Below, one piece after another: positions 35,733-50,700 of a DNA stretch of 64,000 nt. Made by a program: the position numbers and the translations under genes. Origin of the DNA: Ascidiella aspersa (lineage: Eukaryota); contig OZ004608.1 of NCBI GenBank assembly GCA_963924565.1, forward strand, positions 16,616,001 through 16,680,000, given 5' to 3'. The notes beneath the pieces are model-generated. The model was not told where the DNA came from. It made no database searches and saw only the letters and a program-made list of their open reading frames with translations. Positions within the stretch are counted from its first letter, which is position 1; each line of letters begins with the position of its first letter.

Positions 35733-38700
35733 TCACAGACAGGTGTAGTTGGTCATAGGCCTGATGCACTCGGCACAATGAACGCGACAGCACCAGAAGA
35801 ACTTGCAGTCACACGGCTCCTGCTTGGTGTAGTGTTTCGTCTTATGCGGCCGGTTGCAGCACATCTTACCGCACTCCCGCTCGCTTCCCGGGTCCCTTGC
35901 GTCGCATTGACGGCCGCGCGTGCCGAAAACCCCGATACGGTCATCGCGCTGGCAAAACGACGGCGACGACTTAAAGTAGACCAGGTCGCTGGAGCGCGGC
36001 TTCTTGTTCTTTCCCTTCTTCAGTTTCAGGCCGTTCGGTTTCTTGCGCTGGAAGTCCTTGGTGGCGACCACTCGCTTGGCGCTGTTGTTGTACTTGTTGT
36101 ACAGGATCGAGCCGACCTCCCTGAACGTGGGCAGTGTGTCCCAGCAGATACTCATCGTGCACGAGCCCGACACCCCGTGGCAGCGGCATTTGCGCTTCAT
36201 CTTCTTCTGGATTACCTAAGGCAAAGTGGGAAATTCAGTTTAGGGTTACTTGAATTTTCCAAATAATCTCAGTTCGAGTAGTTACTATATGTTTGCCATG
36301 GCTTAAGCTGGGCCATCAAAATCTCTCAGCTAAAATATGTTTTTTGGTATTTTTCTGTGCCGATTATTTATTTACTCTTTTCTAAAAAAGGTTTTCTAAA
36401 AATATATCTTTAAACTGCGAACTACTTGTTTCAAACTACTAACTTAAACTTTTTATTATGCCGTTTTTTATATAAATAAAACCAGAAAAACTTGAACCAC
36501 GTCCTTAATAGGAACAAAACTATTACAAAAATCCATTGCTCACCCGCAGTCCAACGTGGTAGTTGTGCAGATTCATAAACGACCGCTCGGTTTTCGAGAT
36601 CTCCCGGGCCTCCATAAACTCGGTTGAGTACTCGAGGCCGTTCTCGATATCAGCCGAGCATCCGCCCCACCTCCACACCCTATAGGCTTTCCGGACCTCG
36701 GTTGGAGCGCTACGGACCGGGGCCCTTCGGTACCGGAAAGAGCTGCGCCGCTCATCGCACCCGCACCCACTAAATATACAATGAAAATGCCGATTCACTC
36801 ACGTGCAATAAAACAACGTAAACAATGCACAGAAAATTCATTCTCACAAAAACGATCAACTTTAGTTTTACAACAGCTTTATTGAGAGACAACATCCTTA
36901 TTACAGTTTAGCATTTAGCTAGTTAACTTACGGGATTTCCCCACGACCGCAGGCGGTGACGAACGCGTGGAGCACTCCGGCCGATTTTATTGCGCTTTCA
37001 AACGCTGCCTCCTTGGAATCTAAAAGAAAACAAATCAAGATTAACTACGTCTAATAAATATCGTTATAAAAGGTTACGTAAAATTGCATTTTTGCGACTT
37101 AAGGCGCCTACAAATGTTAATTGGATTTGTCTTGTCTGTTGCATCCCTCCTCGGTTTCGTTTTCATCTATATATGTACACAGCGAAACGAACCAAGCACA
37201 AGTGCTCGGTACAACAATCCGTTTGTTTCCCGATATATTTGTGTGCTAAACCGTCGCCGTGACAAGCTCGCGTGCCAATCATCTAAGCAGGGGAGGACTA
37301 AACCTATTCAGCCGTCTCAAAATCGAAACCGGCCCATCCACAGGGTCGGGATGCGCTTGACTGCCACCGTGCGGCAGGCGATGACGCAGAATACGTGCGA
37401 ATGGCCCAGTAACCCATCGGGCGTTGGTCACATCAGACCAAAGACGAACGGGGTGGCCGTTGAAAGCTGAAAGACGTCCCGCCACCCTTCGTCCATCAAT
37501 GAGTTGCCGCTCTGTTTGGGAAAGACGATCGTTTTTAGCAACATCTCCCTGGCCGTGTTTGAGGTTGGCGTGCACATTGCACATGTTGCCTGACGAACTG
37601 CGGCGCTCCCCCTTCGCCGCGCGCCATCCGTCATTCCACATAGACTCTAATTCTTCTGAAGACTTGAAGAAGGGGCGACCAGGCAGGTGCAGACGCGCGC
37701 AGAAAAAATCAAGTTCTGTATTTTGAAAGTCGTACCACAGGCGTGAAATGCATACACGCTTGAAACGCTTTAAGCTTTGCGCAAGCCATCCAACCAACGG
37801 TATCGCAAAGAAATCCTGCCCAAGTGACATGAAAAGATCAGAGGGGCTTAAAATGATGAACATACTTTCAACACACTTCGACGGTATGCATCTTTTAATG
37901 CACGCAAGGTTCTGTGGTATGGAACCTAAGAATGTTCAACATAGGGCGGAAATTCAAATTGTTGCAGCAGCACGACGTCTGTCGGATACCTGTGGTCGGG
38001 TAAAAAAATAGAAAGAGAATCGCGTCGCGATTGAAACGCTGGCTTCGCTTCCTGGCTAAAGACGGTGTGTCATTTTGCTCGTGTCAATCCAAAACTCCAG
38101 CAGACGTACAGTTTCTCGTACGATGCCCGGGTTCACGGAAACTCCACCGAGCGTGACTCTATATCAGTCGCAATTGACGGAAAAGCGCTTGCGGATTTTA
38201 TTGTCCATTCCAGCCATTGGAAACCTTTATATGGTTGTGTTCATGACGTTTGTATGTGGGAGTGCCTTAGTCACAGCTTGCTGTTTATTTCAGGGACATG
38301 TATGATGTGCACGAAATAACACAACATAGCAAATGTTAAAGAAACCCCCATTATGACCTTACTAGCATACTAAAGAGAGCCCTAATAAAAACCAGTTCAT
38401 AAAAGTAAATTAGGTATCCGTTGTTTTTAAATCTTTTTTTTTAAAGGCAGCTTAAAATATATATAGACGCTTTTTATCAATAAAAGTACATTTTTTGTTA
38501 CAACAAAATTACGCAAACCGAAAAAAGTGCTAATTCATTCGCCCTACCTAGTTTTTCAGCCGCTTCTTTCATCATTATAAAGCAACCACTCACATTCAGA
38601 GCAGCCTTGAAAATCGGCGAAAAGATTATGTCGATTATAAAGATGCGTTATTGACAAATAGGCGAAATTCCAGCCACTCCCAAAATCCACACAGCAAGTT

Positions 38701-41700
38701 TTGTCTGAGCAAAGCTATACACCCCCGTGCCAAGCTAACGCGTCTAACTTTATACGAGCTTATATTGCATTGAACTTACACCTGACCCGTGAAGCTTCCA
38801 GTAAACAGAATCAACAGTGAGAAAGGGAAAGATTTGATTTGGCCACCCGAAGGCAGGCGGGAAAGGCAGTTTGCTCAAGCAATTAGCGTCAAGGCATAAA
38901 ATACAACAACGTTGCCGGCGCAAATGGATAATCCGCGTACAAACGCTCGAACTGTGGAATGATGCAGCGCTAAATTTTATCCAGTTTTCTCCAGTCAGAA
39001 ATAAATCAGATACACGATCTTGCTGTGGATCAAAAATCGATTTGTGAATTGTGATAGAGAAAAATTCCAATATAATTGTTGTAACTTTAGAAGGGCTGTC
39101 GGCGTAAATTAGACCCGGCATGTTGTGGCAACGCAATTACAAACACCTTAAGTTGTAATTGCATGTTAACGTTTAGACAAGCCAGGAACCTTAAGTGTGT
39201 GGTCTTTTGAACAACAAAGCCCAACTGAAACAAGTCTTGTTATAAGGTATGCGATCTTCAAAGAGATCCAAGGGATTTTCTGATGTTTACTCTTAGTATT
39301 TAGTTTCGAAAAAACGAAATATTCACGCCATTCCATAGCAATCCAATAAAGGTGCAAAGCCTGATGCATTGCTGATTGAAAAGCATATATAAGCAAGGTT
39401 ACCTTGGCTTCCAAAATACGGTAACATTTCGGATCGCTTTTTCGCGTCACTCGGCACCGCGATTTGTCAACGTCTATATAGTGTTTCCTATCTAGGCCGA
39501 TTGGGCATCGCCTAGCAAGGCGCCCGCGGTTCCGATAAGGACCCCGTGACGCCGAGTTGAGCAGCCCTTTCCCGGGGTGCACAGACTGCCGCGGACAGGC
39601 AGTGCTGGTCTTATCGCAGCCGCGGTTTGATTCGAAACTTTTCGCGACACGAGTTTTGGTGAAAACAAGGCCATTTGGTCGATGCGGACTAAATGGATCG
39701 AGGGTGGTATTCGATTTCAAAGTATCCGTCCCCGACTGGGCGCGATAGCGGTATCAGTCAACGATGCGCTTACAACTGCGTGCCTTCGTCGCCCTTACAA
39801 GGCTCAGTCGGCACCCGTCGTTGGCGCCTGCGAATGTCATGTTCAGGGTTGCTACAACTCGCCCGTACTCGAACAACGCACACAGCGCTTAAAAGCTAAA
39901 GGTTAATAGAAGTTTGATCGACAGTGTTAAGCGAACATATATTTACACTCAATGCAAAAGGGACGCCAAACGGATTTAGTGTTTTGCATTTTAAATTAAT
40001 AATAACCAAGTCGTTAAAGAACATATTTTTTATAGACCTGAATAAAAATTGGGATGTGAAAAGGAAAACCCACACATAGGTCAATTTACATAAAGTAAAC
40101 TATCTTTATTCAACAAACTCTATAACTTGGTAATTTAAAATCTACATCAGGAGGAAATATATATAGTGGCTGAGCAATTTAAGAATATACTTATTGGTAG
40201 TTACCTATTCCCGACACTAATATTTGAAAAAATTATAAATTTCCCAAATGGCCTTAAGCCACTGTTAATTTTATTGTGAATCTTACGCGCCCACCCAGGA
40301 TAACGGAGGACCAAGTGCAACACACAGACAACTTATTTTCATACTAAAACTACGTCTACCTCGTGGCACGCTTGACGGGATTCGTGAGGAGCTAATTAAA
40401 AGGCCGCACGCTGGAGTATGCCGAATATCGAGGCTTTATTAGATTGACCGGGTGTAGGTAAACAAACAAAATGTCACTCGAAGAGCCACTTTCCATCGTT
40501 TGCGACGGCCTTTGTGACAAAATTGATGGGAATTTGTCGGCTTCCTTTCGCTTTCTTTTTGAAGGCGAGCAAACATTTTACGCTCACCTTGACAGGGTAA
40601 TATAACGGAAATGGACTTGGCTTGTTTTTTGTTGGCGTTCACGGTTAACTTATTAAAAAGGTGAGATCAAGGCCCAAGTGAAACTATACCTCTGTTTAAA
40701 TCCTCTTATTCGAGTAACACGAATCTGTGATCGGACAAGTCTCTTGCTGTCCTTTACAGTTTAAGATAAAAAAGTATGGCTAAAACCCCAATTCGGTTAA
40801 TTTTGTAAAGGCATTCTAAAGAATTAAAACTCACGACGGTAACACGTCATGTTAAATGCGGTAACGGGCTTGTTTGCTCTATTTTTTAAACAAAAAAAAA
40901 GTAAATTAGTGAAACACGTTATCAGGTAACCAGAAACTTACCGATTCGCAGTTCCGGTTTAAAAATGCCTCCCTTCCTGCCGGTGGTGATGCAGTTCCAC
41001 CTCTGGTTGCGAAACTGCCACCTGCACTCCGCCAGAGCGATGGCGATCCCGCGGCTCACGGCGATGATGGCGTCCGGGCGCGCCTGGCAGATGGTGATTT
41101 GGGGCGGAGTGAGGCCGCGGATTTTGTTGCAGATTTGGATGTTGCCCTGAGCGACCACCGGAGACAGGACTCTGCAAGACAAATGGAAATAAAACTGTTT
41201 GAATTACTTATTGTACTGAATTCAAAGATGGCCTCTTCAAGCGACAGCGATTTCTATTACTGGTTCCAAATTTAAACAACAAGGTTCATTGTATTATATT
41301 GTCTATGTGAAACTGATTGTAAACCTAAACATTATGGAGGTTTAAAGTCATTTAGCTGATGCGGCTGTCAGCGGTGATTTCTGATAAGCCACAAAACACT
41401 GGTCGTTGCGAAAAGGAATGTGAGAATTAAGCTTAGAGAAATCGAGCGATTTTAAGTCAGCCAAATTATTTTTGAGTTCACCATAATTAGCGGCTTCCTA
41501 ATTGCACGTTACCATCGCTGTACGAAAGCTTCGTGCGAAAGCGCGACACAAGGAGTGTTTCTGTTTGTCTGTTATTTTTAGGCTTTCTAATCGTTACAGG
41601 AAAGGGTTGCGAACCCAATACGCAGGGCCGGGGCGCTGCCGATCCAGTTCCTGTTACTTTGGCATATTTTTCAGCATTACGCGAGAATGACGTGTTACTT

Positions 41701-44700
41701 AGCTAGCTCCCATGCATGTGTCTCTAAACCGTTCGCACGCTCCCTGTGCTAATTGCATACGCCACGCCTGCGCCTAGTGTAGCCTCTCCGGTTGCCGGGA
41801 AGGCGACCCCGCTTAGTCTGTGCCGCGGGACTCCGTTTAGGCATTTTCGGTGTCGGGTATTTGCTGGACGCTCGAACTTCGCATTCCTATCCACGCGTTA
41901 TTGCAACTTTCAGGGCGACGCCGTGACGGAAACGGGAATGGTTCGCACGCCAATCATATTTGAACCGTGCGTTCGTTATACACAGGAGCGCTAGCCGTAA
42001 AACTACACAGAAGCGCAAAAAAAGACTTTATGAATAGTTACTACCTGAAAGAAACCTAACGAATCAAAAAAGCGTTAAAGAAATTGCCCACCTCAGAATA
42101 GCTTTTCTCATACTGCCAAACTATTAATAATTATAAAATATTCTTCACATATTGGTGTGTATATTGCTGTAGACAACCCATTTATGAACTTGAGTAAATC
42201 CCGTGCTGTCGTCTTCACGCTCAAGATAACAGTAACGGTTTGTCCAAGTTGTTTTAGGACAATGTGACACCGCTGCCACATCGAAAAGTTCAAACGAATC
42301 CTACACAGCATGTGATCGTAACGCGTTCCCACCTGTGTTTACGCCACATCAAACCGAAGGGGCAACGTGACCCCGCCACTCCCTAGGTATGGGAGAGGGC
42401 AACCACTCGCCCCAGAAACAACTTTCCTCTCAAAGTATCTGCATGGACAAGGCGACCGTGCTTGTTGGCTGAAATCCTGGCGCATCGTCGACACGGTTCG
42501 GTTACAAGTGGCGGGCATCCAAGAGTCAGATTTCATCGGAAGATGCCGTCGTTAACAAACACTGGGCACTTTCGTCGTCCCTCGAAGGAAGGACGGAGAC
42601 AGTCAGTTGTAAGGCAAGGCAGGAAGCGAGGGTTGCCAAACAAACCTCGAGACCAAATTGCGGCCTTGACAGGTTCCTGACGATTCAGGAGCGCCGGGAG
42701 TAATTCGTTAACTGCATGTTTCGGCGCGTTTTGAAGCGTCTCTCATTGGGCTTCGGGTTACTTTGGCGCATCGGTCGGGTCGAAAAGGCCCCGACGTCGG
42801 ACAACGCGGCTTCTGTTCGCGAAAAGGGAGAGTCTGTGACCTTGGGCATGCGTTTTCCCTGTGAAGGGGGGATTTTTCGGCTAGTGTGCCCTCATCTCCC
42901 ATCTCGAGTTGCTAAACAAGCTAGCGGGTTCAAGGCCACATCGCATGGGTTAAAATATCAAACTGCGACGCCCTTAACCTCTCTTCTTAAACTGTCTCTC
43001 TCGTTTCTCGGCCGATATCGTTTTCACAATGACAGATTGTGCGTGTTGTAGTATTTTTAACCTCTTCAACAAACACAATGTTACTCAGACGTCTTTGTTT
43101 CATTTCAACCAAAGCAGTAAACTATCATCGTCATTGTAATGACCATTTTGCAATTGACTGGGGTTTTGTAACAACAATTTAACTGTAGTATCCATTAAAA
43201 AAGTGGTGCTAATCTCAAACTGTTCAAAAGACGTCATATTAAACTTCATAATTCCGACATTCGAAAAACCAAAACTTCCACATGGTTGCTTTTATGATTT
43301 TAATCGTTTACTGGACGCGAGGTTATGTTTTGCCAAATGTTATAGCTGACCGGGATATCCCAAGTGTAAATATAATACTGTAGTGTAAACAAACTTATTT
43401 CAATATTGGATGTGTTTTGATGAACTGTGATAAACATAAAATCTTATGCCGGTGTCGTCATTTTTTGTGTTCGGTCAAATGTCAGTTCAAAGCGATCGGA
43501 GCCGGAGAAAATGACATTTTCATAAATTCTCTTTTGTCGGCGGCGAGGGTTCACATTGTATCGCGGTGACAGTACATAAATGTTGCTTTCTTTTTCGAGT
43601 GCGTTCTCTTAATGTAAAACCGACGTGCGACAAGTGTCCCCTTTGCTTTGCGTTGGTCTCAAGACGCGAAAAGTTCGATGCCAAAAGTTGACGGCGGAAA
43701 GCTAATGGACTCTCATATCTGACTTTTGTATTGATACTGTTAGGGATGCTTAACATGCATCGAAAACACCACTTGTATTTACACGTTACTATTTCTCGTG
43801 ATATTATATTCAGGTATTTACAAACAAACAAACTTGTGAGTTATCATCGACCGTAAATATCTCTTAATAATGACAAGAGGTGACATGCGCTAAAATACAA
43901 CTTTTTATTACTCTTTTGATATGCGCAATAATTGATATCATTTGTGCTGTCAATTTGACTGATTTGGGTGTGGGCCCTGTGTCACGTCAATGGAAAATCA
44001 AAGTCATCGCAGTTGTTCGGATTGGGTGGGCCAGATGCTCGTTGTCTTTCTATAGGACCGAAACATCGGGAAAAACAGCTGGCGCAACCCGAAATTAGGG
44101 GTGCTTAGGAATCGCGTGATGATGCCTTTACACGAGATCAATCCAGGAAAAAATACGATAAATGACACTGAGCCATTGCTGAGCCTCGAGGTTCGTTTGA
44201 GCTTTGATAAAAAGGGCGGCCTTTAAATGGGCCTTTCAATAATGCCCTAGCGTTTGATCTCGCGTAAGGGCGTCGCGAACGGACAAGGCTAATAATTTCA
44301 ACACCTCGAGCGCGACGCTGCGTAGTTGCGACACATGTAGCTCGATTTAGGAGCTGAACAACAAAAGTGTGCGTTTTTTCGGGGCTTTGCACCACGAAAC
44401 AAGGCGCCGAAAACTGCAGCGGAGCCCTAGCCCGTTAATGGCTATCCCCGTGCTCTCTGTTTTCGACAACAAATTACATAGCCGATAGGGCGAGTTTGTT
44501 TTCTAAATGGCCGGTCTTGAGCCAGTGGGAATATTTCTACGCTTTCTCGTGCTGCGAAAGCTGTAACGATATAATTGTGCTACTTAAACACCAAGTTAGT
44601 AAGCCAAATTATGTACAAATCTGAGACGCCCCTATTTATGAATTCTTGAAATGATGAATTTAGGTAATTTAAGCTTTTTCTTCACCTTTAACCAAACAGA

Positions 44701-47700
44701 TAAAATGCACTTTCGGCGCCTATAAAAAGTTCATTTGAAACTATTCTAGTACCTATATGACTTTATAGATATATTAGTTAAAACTCGCAAGTCAAAGTAG
44801 ACACTTATTTGTAACCAGAAGTGAAGAAAATAAACTATAAACCAAAACAAAGTAAGGTCGAGACACATGCGCAACATACAACTTCATGTTAAAGGCTTAT
44901 CTTTAGGTATGCCTAACCCCATAAAAAATCGACGTCATATAGAAATAAGGCGTCCTACTCGCGTCAACGCCTGGCATATTACCTCAGCTATATTGCTACA
45001 GCAGGGGCACGTGGGGTGATTTAATCCGTTCGATCAACACAAGTGGCCTTTAAAGTTGGACAAAAAGAGTGCACTTACCCGCTTCGTGGATTACGCGCGA
45101 CTTTTGAGCACGGACAGATATTTCTCGTTACGCTGTGTGCTACTGTTTCTTCTCTGGCCGCACGGAGTTCAGTTGTAAATGCCAAATCACGGTTAAATTT
45201 TTACGAATTTCAAAACGTTTGGGAACACGCTAAACTCAACACACATCGGGCGTCTATTCGTGTTTTTCGAAGTTCTGAGAAAGCGTACTAAAGTTGATAT
45301 CTCAAACAGCCAATAAAATTACTTTACATAAATATTGATATTACTTAAAAGCTGATTCAACTAAAATATTTTTCGCCTGAATTTTTTCAATTACACCGAC
45401 GAAAAACAAATGATGCATGCCACACAGGTCGCGAACACCGCTTCGCGGTTGCATTCCTACACAAACAAGAACGAGCGCAGCTGGTAGCGGAACAAATTCA
45501 ACAAGTGCAAATACGCCGGATTCGACTTGGGTGTTTTCAGGCATGCAAAGCTAATCCATTAAGTTATTGGTCAGTGCCGCGCTCCTAATGTGACACTAGT
45601 TTGTTTACACCTCTTATGGCAATTATAAATGGCCCGGGGCGCCCATGCTCTAACATCGGGCTCAGGCTTTAACTCGTCTCCTTTGCGTATATACAAATAG
45701 CTTCGGCACTAATCCTGGGCTTATGCGTGCACCACTCAGTCAGGGCCCAGTGTTTCGCCTTTTGCGATCACCGTTGCGGTTTCACACCAGCTTCAGTACC
45801 CCACTGAATAAAACGCATATATATGGCCATCCTTAAGTCGAAGCGAGTTACCGTTCGGTTAGCAAAGTCCGTAAACGTGCACAATTTAAGTATTATAACC
45901 AACTAACTGTTCGCTATTATATTACTGAATAAATCTGAAAAAACATTAATGATTTGAATCATACCGAAAATTGGCTGGCGTGATGCGATTTCGACACCCA
46001 CACTTTATTGAGAGTCGACGAGTTTTTCGTTCCACGAACTGTGGAACAAATTAGACTCACAGAGCACGAGGGAACAAAACACAACTTGTAAAGCCAAAGG
46101 CGACCTGTCGTGTGACGCTATAATGACAGTCACGTGGAAACGTACGCACTTGGGAAAGATGTCAGTGGCTTCATCCGATAATTACGACCAAGCGTCTGCC
46201 ACCCGTAACATGCAATTTCCGTTTAAACCCGCGGCGCTTCGACAATCTAATGTTGTCCTTGTCCAAAAGCGTTTTGCCCGAACGTCGCTTCTATTTTTGA
46301 CGGAAGGATGCCCAATTACTCGTATTACAATGGTCGCAAAACGCGGAACAAACCTTTGTCCTACCTGTCCTACCTTTCGCATCACTTGTTAAAACAAATG
46401 TAAATGACTTAATAAAGGAATAACTATAAAAAAATGATATTTTTTAAACACAAGTGTAAGTAAAACAGCCTTGAAATTATAAATCACTGTTGAACAACCT
46501 TTTAAACAACCCCCTTTTTCATTTCAATATATTTCTCTTGACTGAATGCAACAACTGCAATGTATTGTAGTTAGTGCGGCGTAAAACGAACTATGCCATT
46601 TAAAAAAGAATGATACGGCCATGCTATAAATAAAAGTGCTGCTCGTCATACTGTTTGCGTCCTATTTCCTAAGTCTCCTGTGTTGCCGGCTGTTTTGGAG
46701 CGTATCAGTTGTACATTCACACGGAAAGGCGCAAACAGAATGTCCTATACACAGCCAACTTTAATAAGGTAAGCTGTATGTAAGAGATCGACGATGTTTT
46801 TGTTCTGCTTTAGAGGCAGATAACTATCATAGAAACACTTACATAAGATCAGCGGGTGGGACGAGTAATATGAACTGAAAATGCAGAAGGACAATGATCC
46901 GACAATGGCGAGGCATTTTCCAACAGGCCGACGGAGTTTCGCATGTGGATCCTGATTTGCCGTTTCCGGTACAGAAAATTCGTTTATAAGAGGAACACGG
47001 AGGCCTTTTAAGTCGTAGTAAACCCTGACTCAAGTCGTGCGTGAATTGGGATCTTCCGCGGACCACGAATTCGGGATTAATCCAGGTTCTTCTGCTTTAG
47101 ACCAATCTCGGGAAAAATGAACTTCGGTGGGAAGTAAAACTAGCGTGTTGCTGTAAACGTTGCCCAACACAGCAGAAGTAGTGTTTACGCCTTGCTCAGT
47201 GGGCGTTCCGTTCTAAGCTGGTCTCTTAGCCTGTGGCTGGTATTTGTAGTGAAAGTCTGCGTTTTTTCTTTTACACAAAGAACATTTACAAGCAACTGGA
47301 AACAAAGTTGCTGCTGTTGCCGTGTATTAAGCGACCTGCTAAAGCAACTGCCAACCGGCAACATTCACGATAACAGCTTTTCTAATTTTTAAATCAGCGG
47401 AACAGAACAGCTTGAATCATGTGGTTAACGGCAAATTATTGAAACTTAAGGCCTGCGTAAACAGCAAAAACAAATAAGTGGATGAAGACCTGGCAGTTAT
47501 ATGTATACCAGTTATCGTGCACATCTATTTACGTTACATGACGTAGTAGTACACATAAGTTTTGTATTTAAGTCAGATGACATAACTCCCGTGGACGCCA
47601 TATTTCTGTTGAACCACCATGGCGATCCAAATAACACCGTCACACTCATGTAAGTCTAAACAAACAGCCACAACATGGCTGCCGTGTTCGGGTACGCTAC

Positions 47701-50700
47701 CACGTGTTTACCTTAACAACAGCCTGACACACTTTTGCGTCAACATTCTTGCCGACCTTGTTCAGGCAACGTCTCGCGTCGGCCTATCTGCATCCCTATG
47801 GCAACACTAACGTAGAGCGCGGGCCATTACACAACGGTGTGCGTTTGAGCGTCATTTTGCTTGGCGACCAAGTGCAGAGAGTACATCACCTCCGACTAAA
47901 CAGATTGAGCGTTAACGAAGAATATATAAACGTGCCGTGGAATCTGTGTTATGTTCAACGTAAGGCGATTAAGGCGAATTACGATAAAGCATTAATAGAA
48001 GAGACAATTAACTGTCCTTGGCAATGGCTTTGGCGTAACCCTACAACAGTAGTTACCGGCTTCAGACGATTTTGCGACCGAATTTCGACACACGACGCCA
48101 ACCTAGGCCCCATGAGAAATCCTGGCGCGGTATGCAAACGTAATTGCATGTGCGCAATATTGCACCACATTTGCGCCTGATCGCTTTGTCTTGCTTGGAT
48201 TTCACTCGTCCCCAGTGGAGGCAAAAAACAACAAAATTGCTTACTAAGCTAGCCCCATCGCTCATTCGCAGTTATGGGGATGGCGGTTTGGCGAATGGCC
48301 AGGGCGGGTAAGTTAATTGACGCTGTCGAGCTAAGCCTTGCAGAAACTAAATTTCGATAATTACCTACCGCTTAGGCCTCTTCCCATCGACATAATCCTA
48401 CTACAGCAAACAAGCTTAACTGGCCTGGCTTCGGGGAAACCGAATGGGTAAAGCATTGGGCTGGGCGAGCTGGGCCTAATCTACATTCTTGTACATGCAG
48501 CTTGACACGGCAAGCACGGGTTGATACAACTTCAGCGTGTACACACGCAAACGCGACTAAGATGATACTATCGTTGTTTTGTCTATGCTAGTGACTTTCA
48601 GTGATGCGCAACACTGGAGCTGACACGCAGCAAGCAGGTAAGGTATTGAGAAGCATCGGGTTAACTTTGTAAAAACGCGTAAAGTAATCCCTGTCCACAG
48701 GAAGAACACTACTGACAACTTGGTACGGGGGGTTTAACGCCTTGCCACCGCGCTACATCGATCTTGCTTTTTAGGAAAGTTTACTTTAAGGATAGTCACC
48801 GTGGGTCACTGGGTGGACAAACAATATCGCGTTAGCCAATCAGGCTGTAGTACAAAGAATCCACTTGGCAAACCCGTGAACGGAATGTGTTAAGATACAA
48901 ACCGACCCAGGGACGTAGATCAACTAATCGAAAATCTCCAAAACCAAAACGTATTTGGGGATTAAACGTTGCTGCTCTGTAACATCCATCTTAATCCAGT
49001 GCGAACACTCCCACAATCGGCTAACAAACTAGTTGTCAATTTGCAGCGCCAATCAAAACCGCTACATCTTTAACCTGAACAACCTGCGATTTTTTAAACG
49101 TTTTATCCTGAAATCTCCCCCAAAATGTCTGTAGTATTGGTAGACTTCGGAGCTATACATGTTGCTCTTTGTGGATATGTTAAGTTGTAAAACAATTATT
49201 TTCATTTAGATGATTGTACGTAGTTTATACTTTACAATCCTTAACATTACTGGTTTTCACAATGACGCACATCTTTGAAACAACGATTTTTCTACAACAT
49301 GCATCGCTCTATATCCCTGAACAGATGCTGCAATAAACTTGTCTCTAAGCTCATCCAAAAACAGCACTGACTCTTTGCAAGATCGCACTGACGACTTCAT
49401 TTTGTCACGGGGACAACTCGCTCAAAATGCCGCAACCTGGTCGCAATTGCGTCGGCCCGGGGCTGCAATTGCACGTTAGGCGATTCCAGTCGGCGCACAG
49501 CGGACGCTCAACATCGGCTAATCGTCGCTCGCGCTCCTTTTTTCCCCGGATCGGCGCGACCGAAACGCTGTAAGCTGCCGTGCGATTAGCCGCGCGCGTT
49601 TTCTTAACTGTTGCTAAACCGGAGGCGGCACACCGCACCCACCGACTAGCCGCCGATTTGCCTGCGCGTAAATCGCGAAACTGGCAAACTAGAATGTTAC
49701 CTTCGCGCTCGCAAACGAAACGGACCAATCATATGGACATTATCGCGTCTCTCGGATATATTCGTCCGTTTGTGTGTGTGCCGCTATTTTTGTGATCGCT
49801 TTGAAATCGAGCCGCACTCCAGCTTGCGACCAACCGTGGGCCTGGGTAAGTGACGTCATCGCTTTTGCCCCCCTCGCCCACGGCATCCCCCGATACGCGA
49901 TCACACCGCGCTTGTTATTGTTTCGTAATCGGCCTAATTTAGCTCTCGGGGAGTAAGCCGGAAGACAAAGGAATCGCTGTTCGTTCGCGCCTAACCAAAA
50001 TTATTCCTTATTTTTGGATAACCCGGAAATCGCTGCGGTTAGGTGCCAGGCGAAATGACGTCATCTTACACTGACGACACCCTTCCCCGACCAAGCACCT
50101 TCGCACAGGCAAATTACCGAATATCCTTACGTACCAACTGCATTGCCGGGATGGCGACAACGGGCGCCGTTTAACGACCACAGCACGGTTTTAGCAAAGC
50201 ACTTGACCCCAGGAAAGCGCTTCTACCGCACTTCGTCAACCATGTTTCTTCGCGACCCGGCGCCAAATAAATCAAAGGTCTGACGATGCACCGCCTGGGC
50301 GACCTCTAGTTTAAACGCTATCAAACTAACATATACTTAATATCAGAAAATGTTGCTTCTTTTTATAAATATTTATAATTTTATTCAAATTTATAATTAA
50401 GCATTTTTTTGTATATTTTATCCAATTATTTGTTATTTCAAAGATGCTTACTTCTGATTCGTTTCTCGAAACCACTATTTGACTTTGTGTTAAAGGTTTT
50501 TGTTTACGGCTTACATAAAAAAAAAATGGGCGATTATAACAACTGTAAATCAAACCAAGTTGATTGTAAGAAAAACGTTCGATATGTAGGTTATGAATGT
50601 TATGATTATATTGTTTGTATAGCCATGTTTATTTTTTTTTATCTGACCGACTTTAACAGACTTGTATAATTTTGCCGAGTAACAAACAAAATAACTTATT

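Noticed and set aside
35724-35735. Stop-codon readthrough of Wnt7 (TGA-C context)
   Set aside because: An in-frame TAG follows after two codons, so any extension would be trivial.
35727-36266. 179-aa + strand ORF
   Set aside because: Antisense shadow of the GC-rich last Wnt7 exon.
37279-37863. 194-aa - strand ORF in Wnt7 intron 2
   Set aside because: No recognisable homology and not needed: exons 40942 and 37019 join in phase (ELRI-DSKEAAF).
39166-39720. 184-aa - strand ORF
   Set aside because: Non-ATG start, no domain features, and located in a GC-rich intronic block.
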